Below are positions 52,942 through 61,265 of a stretch of DNA of 64,000 bases, one piece after another; the first letter of the stretch is position 1, and each line of letters opens with the position of its first letter. A program made the position numbers and the translations under genes. The DNA is taken from NCBI GenBank assembly GCA_964564035.1, contig CAZLZN010000003.1, positions 13,995 to 77,994 on the forward strand, given 5' to 3'. This DNA is from an uncultured Gammaproteobacteria bacterium. Lineage in GTDB: Bacteria; Patescibacteriota; Microgenomatia; Levybacterales; UBA12049. Under the pieces are notes generated by a model. That model had not been told where the DNA came from, searched no databases, and was given only the letters and a program-made list of their open reading frames with translations.

Positions 52942-53923
52942 GCAGTTCTATTTTAACACCTTCCGCGTTTGGCACAACCTTGATTACCTCACCTCCGGCA
53001 TCATAGATCGCCTTCTCAACCTCTGCTCTTTTCTCATCTGTAGATAGCGCAATCATACAATCTCCTCCTCCGGCACCCGATAGTTTAGCGCCAAACGCGC
53101 CCGCTTTTATTGAGCCCGAAATCATATCATCAAGCACTGGGATACTTACACCAAGCTCAACCAGTAATTTCTGGTTTTCATTCATCAACTGCCCCGCTCT
53201 TTCCCAAGCGCCTGTCAAAAATTCTTTTTTCGCGCTCTCAACAAATCCGTCAATTAACGAATAAATTTCAGCCAGCCTGTCTGGATTATTCGCGAATTTT
53301 TCCTTGACCTGATTCATGAGAGTCACAGTATCCGCTTTTACTCCCGAATAGCCAACAACCAATGGCAAATTTTTAATATCAAGTTTTTCAATTTTTGCGC
53401 CCCCCGTTACAAAATATAATACCCCGCCGAAAACAGCTGCCGCGACATCAAACCCCGACCCTTTACCTTGAATATCCAAAACAGTATTATATGCAATATC
53501 AAAAATATCTTTGTTGCTTAAATTTAACTGCGATATCTCAGAAAGCGCTTTAATTACGCAAACCGTAGAAGCAGATGAAGAACCGAAACCAAACTGCGAA
53601 GAAAATTCGGAAACAGTCGAAATTCGCAGTCCGCCCTCAATCTTCGCAAACAAAGGATACTTATCCGCGAAATTTTTGACAGCAATTTCTACAAATTTCG
53701 CTCCTGTGGGAATATCGCCTATCCCGATCTGATCTATAGATTTTTTGTATTCGGTGATCTTTACATCCGGGGCATCCAGTTCAAAAATATTATCATCTAA
53801 TACTTCAACTGTCACCCTCATCCTCTGATCGACAGCCGTAACCAGACACGGATGATTATAAACAACCGCGTGCTCTCCAAGTAACATCAATTTCCCCGGC
53901 GCCGATACTGTTAATTTATTCAT
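52934..53923 (-). CDS. GHMP kinase, mevalonate-kinase-like paralogue (candidate phosphomevalonate kinase)
   Basis: SAPGKLMLLGEHAVVY, GHMP motif GFGSSSAS and a C-terminal KLSGAGGGDC. Confidence 0.6.
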   Translation of the reverse strand: MNKLTVSAPGKLMLLGEHAVVYNHPCLVTAVDQRMRVTVEVLDDNIFELDAPDVKITEYKKSIDQIGIGDIPTGAKFVEIAVKNFADKYPLFAKIEGGLRISTVSEFSSQFGFGSSSASTVCVIKALSEISQLNLSNKDIFDIAYNTVLDIQGKGSGFDVAAAVFGGVLYFVTGGAKIEKLDIKNLPLVVGYSGVKADTVTLMNQVKEKFANNPDRLAEIYSLIDGFVESAKKEFLTGAWERAGQLMNENQKLLVELGVSIPVLDDMISGSIKAGAFGAKLSGAGGGDCMIALSTDEKRAEVEKAIYDAGGEVIKVVPNAEGVKIELHD

Positions 53924-53930
53924 ACTTAAC

Positions 53931-54989
53931 TTAATGTTCAGTTTTTAACCCTTGATAGTCAAACTCCAAATTCTCAGTTTTAAAACCATGAGGCTTTAAT
54001 ATACTCATCAATTTTTGTAAATTTTCATGATAGATAAGTATAATCCCCGATTTATCCGCTCTCCCGCCCGCTCCGCATACCTTCGCGCATCCTCCGTTTT
54101 CCTCTATTTTTCTTATTAAATCTTTTGTAGACTCCGATACAGCACCGATTTTTTCCAAATTTTTTTCTCCGGCTTTTATTATCCGCATTACTTCATCTTT
54201 ATTTACATTCTGAATAGCAACAAGAAACTGCTCCGTCAATTCCGCCTGTTCTATAAAAATTTCTACTACAAAATTTGATTTAACACGATATAGATCTTTG
54301 ACTATACTCACCATTTTACCCGTTGATTCCTCTGGCACTCCGGTATTAATAACATAAAAATTCTCTTTTATCTCCGTGGGTATATTTAAATCCAATTGCC
54401 TAACTCCTTCGTCTTTTTTAAACAAAATTAACCCGCCAAAACAAGATGCAGAATTATCTCCGCCTGAGGGCCTGCCATGTTTTTTTTGTTCACACAAAAA
54501 TGCAATTTTATTTATATCCTCCTTATCAAATTTTTTATTTGTAAATAAAAATAGCGCGCCAATTATTGAAACGGCAAGCGCAGCGGAAGACCCCATCCCT
54601 GCGCCTACAGGTAATTCGGAATCAATTTTCAAATCAAAACCATTAATTGAAATTAATTTAAAATACTCCAAAAACTGCCCGATTATTATCTGCGGATAAT
54701 CCAAAGCGCCTGATGTAATTGATTTTAAAATCTCAACATCATTATTTTGATAAAATTTATTCCACTCATCCTGCGCTTTATTAAATTTTGATATAGTTTC
54801 ATCAAAATCTGTTATTATTTCCTTATTAAAATTTTTCGAAATAATTTTAATTTTCTTATCTTCTCTTTCTGAAATCGTAACAAAACACCTCTTGTCTATC
54901 GCTCCGATAATCGCAGGTTTTCCATAAACTACAGCATGTTCTCCGATAAGAATTAGTTTCCCGGGAGCTGAAGTTCTGAATGTGTTCAT
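53931..54989 (-). CDS. mvk: Mevalonate kinase
   Basis: SAPGKLILIGEHAVVYGKPAI, PVGAGMGSSAALAV and KVCGAGGRADKSG. The gene is visibly AT-rich. Confidence 0.7.
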   Translation of the reverse strand: MNTFRTSAPGKLILIGEHAVVYGKPAIIGAIDKRCFVTISEREDKKIKIISKNFNKEIITDFDETISKFNKAQDEWNKFYQNNDVEILKSITSGALDYPQIIIGQFLEYFKLISINGFDLKIDSELPVGAGMGSSAALAVSIIGALFLFTNKKFDKEDINKIAFLCEQKKHGRPSGGDNSASCFGGLILFKKDEGVRQLDLNIPTEIKENFYVINTGVPEESTGKMVSIVKDLYRVKSNFVVEIFIEQAELTEQFLVAIQNVNKDEVMRIIKAGEKNLEKIGAVSESTKDLIRKIEENGGCAKVCGAGGRADKSGIILIYHENLQKLMSILKPHGFKTENLEFDYQGLKTEH

Positions 54990-55019
54990 TTATTTAATTA
55001 ATCTACTGCGGCAGAAAAT

Positions 55020-55424
55020 CTAATCGATCAAATCTTTAAGCTTCAGATATTCCAGTATCATCCGACCCGTAACTGATGTCTTATCTCCATCTTTTGACGT
55101 GAGCCATCCCGTCTCCTCAATTTCTGATGAAGGCCTGATCTTACCAGTGAAATCCCCCGAATAACACTTAATCCTAACCATTATCCCCTCGGGTTTTCCA
55201 AATGCCTGCGCGGTAAAAGACTCTAAATACTTTATCGTGTCGGGTATCAGATCGATCGAAAGCTCTTCCTTTACCTCACGCGTAAGCGCTTGGATATCCG
55301 TTTCTCCCGCGTCTCGTTTCCCGCCCGGCGTAAGCCATGCACTGCTTCCTTTACTGCGCGCGGCTAGGACCTTCCTGTCTTTAACTAAAATATACCCTAA
55401 TTTATCGATAAAATTAACGTTCAT
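55020..55424 (-). CDS. NUDIX hydrolase
   Basis: Nudix box GGKRDAGETDIQALTREVKEELSI in a 134-aa protein. Confidence 0.75.
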   Translation of the reverse strand: MNVNFIDKLGYILVKDRKVLAARSKGSSAWLTPGGKRDAGETDIQALTREVKEELSIDLIPDTIKYLESFTAQAFGKPEGIMVRIKCYSGDFTGKIRPSSEIEETGWLTSKDGDKTSVTGRMILEYLKLKDLID

Positions 55425-55427
55425 TTT

Positions 55428-55730
55428 TTAAATAACCGGTCTGAATTTTATCGAATAACTAATAACATCCGCTTTATCCTCGGTCCCTGTTCTCCTAAGT
55501 ACAACTTCAACCTCCTGACCGGATTTCAAATTTTCATCAGCAAAGTCAACCAACTGCCCCATTACACGCTCCCCGTTCTCAAGTTTTGCGATAACCACCG
55601 GAAACGGCGCCTGATGATTAAATTTGCGCGACGCTGTCCGGACAATAGTCCAGGTCGTGATGATTCCCCTTTTACCGATCAATAAAGATATAAATTTTTG
55701 ATTCCTGTGTATTTTTACTGGCGTTGTCAT
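55428..55730 (-). CDS. DUF35-type OB-fold protein (thiolase/HMGS partner), apparently lacking the Zn-ribbon
   Basis: ~100 aa from the ATG at 55730, which is 5 nt after the thiolase stop. It reads as an OB-fold-like beta sequence (GIITTWTIVR..PFPVVIAKLENGERVMGQLVD). It has no Cys pairs and sits directly downstream of archaeal-type thiolase. Confidence 0.5.
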   Translation of the reverse strand: MTTPVKIHRNQKFISLLIGKRGIITTWTIVRTASRKFNHQAPFPVVIAKLENGERVMGQLVDFADENLKSGQEVEVVLRRTGTEDKADVISYSIKFRPVI

Positions 55731-55734
55731 AATT

Positions 55735-56877
55735 TTATTTTTGCAAGATATGTATTGCGCAGACGGCTCCGCTGCCGCCGACATTGTGAGTCAAACCCGT
55801 TTTTGCGTTATTTACCTGTCGGGCACCGGCTTTACCATTAAGCTGTTCAACTATCTCAACTATCTGCTTAATTCCAGTTGCTCCGACAGGATGCCCGCAA
55901 GACTTCAGCCCTCCGGACGGATTAGTGATCAATTTTCCCTGACCGAGAGTATATTTGCCGCGCGCGATATCGCGTGCACCTTCACCTCTTTTTGAAAAAC
56001 CCAAGTCTTCGGTCGCGATCGCCTCGGCAATTGAAAAACAATCATGTATTTCCGCGACATCTATGTCTGATGGATTCAACCCGGCGCTCTCATATGCTTT
56101 CTTTGACGCAGAAACAACACTGCTTAATGAAGTTATTGTCTCTCTGTCACACAAACTCAAACTGTCTGTACCAACCTCGCTTGCCAGAATTTTAACAGCG
56201 GAACTGTTTATTTTTTCATCGCCTGATATTATTATCGCGGCCGCGCCGTCTGAAATAGGCGAACAATCAAGAAGCTTCAAAGGATCCGCGATTCTTCCGC
56301 TTTTCATAACTGAATCAATAGTAATCTTCATTTGAAACTGCGCTTTTGGGTTTAAGCTCCCATGAAGATGATTCTTAACCGATACGCTGGCAAGCAACTC
56401 CTCATCAACTCCGTATTCCTCCATATACGCCCGCGCCATCAGCGCGTAAAGTCCCGGAAAAGTTATCCCCGCCGACCTCTCTTCGTCGGAACCCGCGGAC
56501 ATAAGCGCTGAAGTTATATCGTCCTGCGTATGATCAGTCATTTTCTCAACACCCAAAACAAGAGCGTTTCTGTATTGCCCGGCTTTTATACTATTTATAG
56601 CCGTATGCAGTGCCAGACCGCCGGAAGCGCATGCCCCCTCCAGTCTGAACGCCGGCACATAAACCCCAAGCTCCTCGGCAAAAAGCGATCCGAGATTTGC
56701 CTGGTTTCCCAAATTACCAGACAGCATATTGCCGACAAATAACGCGTCGATATCCGCCGCCTGCAGACCGGACATCTCAAGCGCCTGCGAAATCACGCTC
56801 TTCGCGAGCATTCGCGGCGAAATATCCCACAATTCTCCAAATTTAGATGTTGCCCCTCCCAATACAGAAATATTCAT
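55735..56877 (-). CDS. Acetyl-CoA acetyltransferase (archaeal/SCP-x-type thiolase)
   Basis: Active-site Cys context (LEGACASGGLAL), C-terminal H and C contexts (GHPVGATG; NVGGSG) and 380 aa. Confidence 0.85.
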   Translation of the reverse strand: MNISVLGGATSKFGELWDISPRMLAKSVISQALEMSGLQAADIDALFVGNMLSGNLGNQANLGSLFAEELGVYVPAFRLEGACASGGLALHTAINSIKAGQYRNALVLGVEKMTDHTQDDITSALMSAGSDEERSAGITFPGLYALMARAYMEEYGVDEELLASVSVKNHLHGSLNPKAQFQMKITIDSVMKSGRIADPLKLLDCSPISDGAAAIIISGDEKINSSAVKILASEVGTDSLSLCDRETITSLSSVVSASKKAYESAGLNPSDIDVAEIHDCFSIAEAIATEDLGFSKRGEGARDIARGKYTLGQGKLITNPSGGLKSCGHPVGATGIKQIVEIVEQLNGKAGARQVNNAKTGLTHNVGGSGAVCAIHILQK

Positions 56878-56978
56878 AATAAAATTTAAAGCTAAAAACT
56901 AAAAATAAAAAATTCAAAGTAAAAAATTATTAATTATATATTTTTATTTTTCGCTCTGCATTTTTCATTTTTAATTTT
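56878..56978. repeat. AT-rich 7-nt-periodic bipartite element between the thiolase and HMGS genes
   Basis: aaagctaaaaactaaaaataaaaaattcaaagtaaaaaatt ... atttttatttttcgctctgcatttttcatttttaatttttt. Confidence 0.6.
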
Positions 56979-58016
56979 TTATATTATATGCATTTTCTTC
57001 AAATACTCCGGATAACTTATATATATCTTTTTTTCGATCTGTCCCGATACCGGCATGCACTTCTTTTGCTTCTGAGTTATGTTCCCGGTCGTCCTGAATA
57101 TAAATCCGTCCGACCCGGCACCCGAACCGTATGATGCAAAAAATATCTTTTGATCCGGCTTCGCGATATCTAGCACTGCCGCAAGTCCCAAAAGCGCGGA
57201 CGCCGAATACGGATTTCCGATCTTATCAACAACAAGTGACGGCAAGAGCTGTTCATTTGTAAACCCAAGCTTTTTGGCAACCGCTCTTGGAAACTTCCCG
57301 TTTGGCATATGAAAAACACAAAAATCAAAATCTGAAGGCTTCATATTATTTTGCTGCATAAGCTTTTTGCTTTCCGATATCACATGACTAAAATATGCCG
57401 GCTCTCCGCTGAACCTGCCGAAATGACTTGGAAATCTCTCACCGTCTCTCCTCCAAAAATCAGTTGTATCCGAAGAGTATGAGGACGTATCCAGTATTTC
57501 TGCTATAACTTCTTCATTTTTTTTACCCAATATATACGCGCATGAAGCGCTCGCCGCGGAATATTCAAGTGCGTCATGAGGCCTGCCTTGGGCTGTATCA
57601 CTGCCTATTGCGAGACCGTACTTAATACGCCCGCTGTCTATAAGCCCCAAAGAAACTTGCATGCCCGCCGTCGCTGCTTTACATGCAAATTCCAGATCCG
57701 CCGCGAAATAATCATTGCCGATCCCCAAAAATTCAGCAACCGTTGTCGATGTAGGATTAACCGCATACGGATGACTTTCCGATCCGACATACACGCATCC
57801 GATCTCTTTTTCCGAAATCCCGGCCATAGACAAAGCTCGCATGCCCGCCTCGACTCCCATCGTCACAGCGTCCTCATCAATATTAGGCACCGATTTTTCA
57901 TATATCTTGAGCCCGTCTGTAATCTCCGCAGGATTTTTTTTCCAGACCGCGGCAATATCCTCAACCTTTATTCTATAAACGGGTATATAAACCCCGTAAC
58001 CTATTATTCCACTCAT
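56979..58016 (-). CDS. Hydroxymethylglutaryl-CoA synthase (archaeal-type)
   Basis: GIIGYGVYIPVYRI start, catalytic Cys context (LEFACKAAT) and HMPNGKF. I used the first ATG at 58016; the ORF-track start is a TTG at 58028. Confidence 0.8.
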   Translation of the reverse strand: MSGIIGYGVYIPVYRIKVEDIAAVWKKNPAEITDGLKIYEKSVPNIDEDAVTMGVEAGMRALSMAGISEKEIGCVYVGSESHPYAVNPTSTTVAEFLGIGNDYFAADLEFACKAATAGMQVSLGLIDSGRIKYGLAIGSDTAQGRPHDALEYSAASASCAYILGKKNEEVIAEILDTSSYSSDTTDFWRRDGERFPSHFGRFSGEPAYFSHVISESKKLMQQNNMKPSDFDFCVFHMPNGKFPRAVAKKLGFTNEQLLPSLVVDKIGNPYSASALLGLAAVLDIAKPDQKIFFASYGSGAGSDGFIFRTTGNITQKQKKCMPVSGQIEKKIYISYPEYLKKMHII

Positions 58017-58020
58017 AATA

Positions 58021-58120
58021 AAAATCAAATCTCAAAAATCAAAAATCAAAAACAAGATCAAAACTTAAAGCCTTTATCACTTTTTAATTTTCGCTTTGAT
58101 CTTTGATCTTTGCATTTTGC
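58021..58120. repeat. AT-rich 7-nt-periodic bipartite element between the HMGS and HMGR genes
   Basis: The left half is (aaaaatc)n and the right half is (tttgatc)n. The arms pair over 17 positions with two A:C mismatches on the plus strand, which become G:U wobbles in the minus-strand (sense) RNA. Confidence 0.65.
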
Positions 58121-58122
58121 TC

Positions 58123-59280
58123 TTACTTAACCCCTCTCCCAAGCTTCTCGTGTGCGCTGGCCAGCGTTCCCTCCGAAAGGGATGCCAATAAAGACAATTC
58201 CCCGGCAAGTACTGCGCCGCCTATCATTTCGGCAAATCTTTGCGCGGCACCAGTCTCGCCTCCGTCTCTGATCCCCATTATACTAAGAGCCTCCTTTTGC
58301 GCGGATAAATTCGTCCCGCCTCCTATTGTCCCGACCGGGAGATCAGGTAAATAAATAGAAATATAGATACCGCTTTCTGTTTTCTCAACAGTCGTAACAC
58401 CCGATGAGCACTCGGCAATATGCGCTGCGTCTTGCCCCGTTGCCAAAAATATCGCTGCAAGTATATTCGCGTGATGCGCGTTTGCCCCAATACTCCCGGA
58501 CATGATCGATCCATACGTCAGCTTATGCTTGCTTGTCTCGTACAAATCCTTCGAATTTGTCTTGAGCACTTCATTAAGTACTCCCTCTGGCAGCTCGGCC
58601 TCAGCCCAAACCTTGTACCCCCTGCCCTCCAAAAAATTCATATAATTCGGCTTTTTATCGGCACACATATTACCAGATAATGCCCTGCATCTTACATTCT
58701 TTTCTCTTTCTATAAAATCAACAGCCTTTGAGGCGGCAATCGTCACCATATTCATCCCCATTGCCTCACCCGTATCAAATACAAATCTGAGCCACAAACT
58801 GCGGCCTGCCATATACGGAGTAATTTTTTTCAAAACCAAATGCTTCGAAGTAGACTCTGTTATTTCCTGCAATTTACCATAATTCTCCTCAACCCAACTG
58901 ATAATCTCTGTTCCATGCTCAATACCTGTTATTTCAAAAACCAGCGCTCTGCTCATCCCGGCCTTTTCACTGACTATGCTTGCTCCATTTGTTCGTGCGA
59001 TAGCAGCACATCCTCTGTTCACAGAAGCAACTAATGCCCCCTCCGTCGTCGCCAGTGGTATAAAAATATCTGTTTTTAGTTTTTCGTTTTTAGTTTTCAG
59101 CTTTATCGGTCCCGCAACCCCGACCGGTATCTGTACAGCGCCTATCATATTCTCACAATTTTTTTGGGAAGCTACCGCCTCGTCCGGCATGGACTGCCCG
59201 ATACTAGTAAGCTTAATATCAAGCTCCTTTTCCAAGCCTTCCCGTCTCGATTTTACGCCCTCAAAACCACGCAAATTCAT
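58123..59280 (-). CDS. HMG-CoA reductase, class I-like
   Basis: Contains IPLATTEGALVAS, GEAMGMNMV, DAAH and GTIGGGT. I chose the ATG at 59280 (MNLRGFEG); the longer ORF would overlap the divergent sigma-factor gene. Confidence 0.85.
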   Translation of the reverse strand: MNLRGFEGVKSRREGLEKELDIKLTSIGQSMPDEAVASQKNCENMIGAVQIPVGVAGPIKLKTKNEKLKTDIFIPLATTEGALVASVNRGCAAIARTNGASIVSEKAGMSRALVFEITGIEHGTEIISWVEENYGKLQEITESTSKHLVLKKITPYMAGRSLWLRFVFDTGEAMGMNMVTIAASKAVDFIEREKNVRCRALSGNMCADKKPNYMNFLEGRGYKVWAEAELPEGVLNEVLKTNSKDLYETSKHKLTYGSIMSGSIGANAHHANILAAIFLATGQDAAHIAECSSGVTTVEKTESGIYISIYLPDLPVGTIGGGTNLSAQKEALSIMGIRDGGETGAAQRFAEMIGGAVLAGELSLLASLSEGTLASAHEKLGRGVK

Positions 59281-59335
59281 ACGTTCAATATAATAGACGT
59301 AAAAAATCCCAAAATCATTCGTTTTTATATAATTC

Positions 59336-59344
59336 TGATATAAT
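59336..59344 (+). promoter_or_regulatory. Extended -10 element (TGATATAAT) 6 nt upstream of the ECF sigma ATG
   Basis: tgatataat at 59336-59344 and the ATG at 59351. I saw no convincing -35. Confidence 0.35.
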
Positions 59345-59350
59345 ACATTT

Positions 59351-59884
59351 ATGCAAAATATTCTCAAAGGCATTAAACAAGGAAATCCCGAGGCAGTAGC
59401 CCTTTTTTACCATAAATACTCCCCCAAACTTCTTACTCTTCTCAAATACAAACTCCCCGACACGGAAGATGCCGAAGAGGTACTAAATGACGTGTTTCTC
59501 GCGGCAATTGACGATATTCATTTTTTCAGAGGGGAGTGTTCAATTAGCACCTGGCTCTCCAAAATCGCCCGCAACAAAATTGTCGACTTTTACCGCAAGA
59601 AAAAAATAAAATCCGTAATTTTATCTCAGGCGCCATTTCTGGAAATAATCGCCCATGAATTTCATCAGCCCGAATTCCAATTCGAAAAAGACAAAATCCG
59701 CGATAAAATTGAAACCGCTTTTATAAATATTTCGGAAAAATACCGCAAGGTCCTCAAGCTCCATTACGAAGAAAAAATACCAGTCAGGGAAATCGCCCAA
59801 ATTTTCGGTCTGACCTTCAAAGCGGCTGAGTCGCTTCTTTTCAGAGCACGCAAAAGCTTTTTAGTAGCATATGAACGAGCGTGA
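59351..59884 (+). CDS. ECF-type sigma-70 family RNA polymerase sigma factor
   Basis: Region 2 (..VLNDVFLAAI..WLSKIARNKIVDFYRKK) and region 4 HTH (IPVREIAQIFGLTFKAAESLLFRARK). Confidence 0.8.
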   Translation: MQNILKGIKQGNPEAVALFYHKYSPKLLTLLKYKLPDTEDAEEVLNDVFLAAIDDIHFFRGECSISTWLSKIARNKIVDFYRKKKIKSVILSQAPFLEIIAHEFHQPEFQFEKDKIRDKIETAFINISEKYRKVLKLHYEEKIPVREIAQIFGLTFKAAESLLFRARKSFLVAYERA

Positions 59885-60101
59885 ATTTTTGACCAAACTC
59901 CAACAGCGGGCCAAAGAACAGGAAAAAATCATGAACGCGCCCCTTTTCCCCGGGATTCTCAAAACGGTTAGCATCTGGCTCGGCAATCACCCCTGGAGGA
60001 TATTGATCCCCCTGGCATTTTTGCTCACCATCATATTCTACTCGGGTTTTGGTAATTCATACGGCAACCTGATACTTAGAATTTTCGGAGGACCGCAATA
60101 A
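59871..60101 (+). CDS. Small single-TM protein, possible anti-sigma factor
   Basis: It overlaps the sigma gene by 14 nt and has one TM helix (WRILIPLAFLLTIIFY). The call rests on context only. Confidence 0.4.
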   Translation: MNEREFLTKLQQRAKEQEKIMNAPLFPGILKTVSIWLGNHPWRILIPLAFLLTIIFYSGFGNSYGNLILRIFGGPQ

Positions 60102-60110
60102 TTAATAAAA

Positions 60111-60428
60111 ATGAAAAAACACACCTTTCTTGTATTTATAGCCTACGTATGGACCAAAACACTTCTGGGGCTTACATTCTCCCCTTTCAAATCCGTAAAA
60201 GGAGTAATTAGAAGACCAATTCTTCTCCCGGTTCTATTCTCGCCGGTAATAGGACTCACGGTATTATTTATAGCAGGAAGAATTGCGGCGCTTTTCGTAT
60301 CTCCTCAAGGCTTCAAAAGAGACATTATCGTGGTCTTTCTCAGCACAACACTATTATCGATCCTCCTCTGGCAGGCGCTTCTGATCTATCTCCTGATAAA
60401 TTTCCTGATCGCACTCAAAAAAAAGTAG
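60111..60428 (+). CDS. Small membrane protein (3 TM)
   Basis: Hydrophobic 105-aa ORF following the sigma/anti-sigma pair. Confidence 0.4.
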   Translation: MKKHTFLVFIAYVWTKTLLGLTFSPFKSVKGVIRRPILLPVLFSPVIGLTVLFIAGRIAALFVSPQGFKRDIIVVFLSTTLLSILLWQALLIYLLINFLIALKKK

Positions 60429-61214
60429 CTACACCAAAACAACCTTTTGTTTTTCAAAGTTCTTTTTCACCAGGTATCTATACTTACGCGCGGCCTCAAA
60501 GCGCATTGTTGAAATAGTTGTAATCTTGGACCTGGCAATATACTTACCGTCTATCTTGAAATCCGTAATACCCAAATATCTGGAATCCTCAAATATAAAA
60601 TCTTTATATTTTTTGTCATTTCTCAACTCCGCCAAAGCATCCTCCATCGATTTCACAACAGGATCAACATCCTGATCGGATTTAATAGGAAAATCAATAA
60701 ACAAATTCGACCTGTGCCGCGAATAATTTATGACCTTCTTGACCATTCCGTTAGGGATCATAAACAACTCTCCGCCGTCGCCTCTGAGCGTCAAAGACCT
60801 GAAACCCAGACTCTCAACTGTACCCTCGGTATCATCAATTTTCACATAATCTCCAACCGCGACGGAGTCCTGAGTAAGCAGAAAAAATCCGTTTATAAAA
60901 TCCTCGATCAAAGCCCTCGCTCCGATTCCGATCACGATACCAACTATACCGGCCGATGCAAGAAGAGGTGTGATATCAATACCAATTTCTTTAAAAATAA
61001 AATAAACCGCTATTGAATAAACAATAACTGTTATTGTCTTATGAGCGATCTCGGCATAAGTCCTCGCCTGCCGGTTGGCAATTTTTTTGGGATTTTTAAC
61101 AAACGCGCGGAATAAATTATCAACAACAATAGCGGCTAGAATAGTTAAACATACATACAATAATACAATTAACGCGTCCTGATGAATTGGAAGTTTATTT
61201 ATCAAAGAATCCAT
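60429..61214 (-). CDS. Small-conductance mechanosensitive channel (MscS family)
   Basis: Three TM helices, with TM3 reading LLASAGIVGIVIGIGA, followed by a beta domain (VAVGDYVKIDDTEGTVESLGFRSLTLR). Confidence 0.8.
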   Translation of the reverse strand: MDSLINKLPIHQDALIVLLYVCLTILAAIVVDNLFRAFVKNPKKIANRQARTYAEIAHKTITVIVYSIAVYFIFKEIGIDITPLLASAGIVGIVIGIGARALIEDFINGFFLLTQDSVAVGDYVKIDDTEGTVESLGFRSLTLRGDGGELFMIPNGMVKKVINYSRHRSNLFIDFPIKSDQDVDPVVKSMEDALAELRNDKKYKDFIFEDSRYLGITDFKIDGKYIARSKITTISTMRFEAARKYRYLVKKNFEKQKVVLV

Positions 61215-61265
61215 ACATCTAGCATAAAACTATATAATTTAGCTGTCAAGAAAATTGCACGAAAT

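Noticed and set aside
55020-55424. Nudix protein as type 1 isopentenyl-diphosphate isomerase
   Set aside because: At 134 aa it is much shorter than IDI-1, and I could not see the IDI-1 catalytic Cys/Glu contexts. I called it only a Nudix hydrolase, and the idea is left as a test in the pathway finding.
57576-58106. 176-aa plus-strand ORF
   Set aside because: It is antisense to HMG-CoA synthase. The translation is Arg/Cys-rich and shows no motif.
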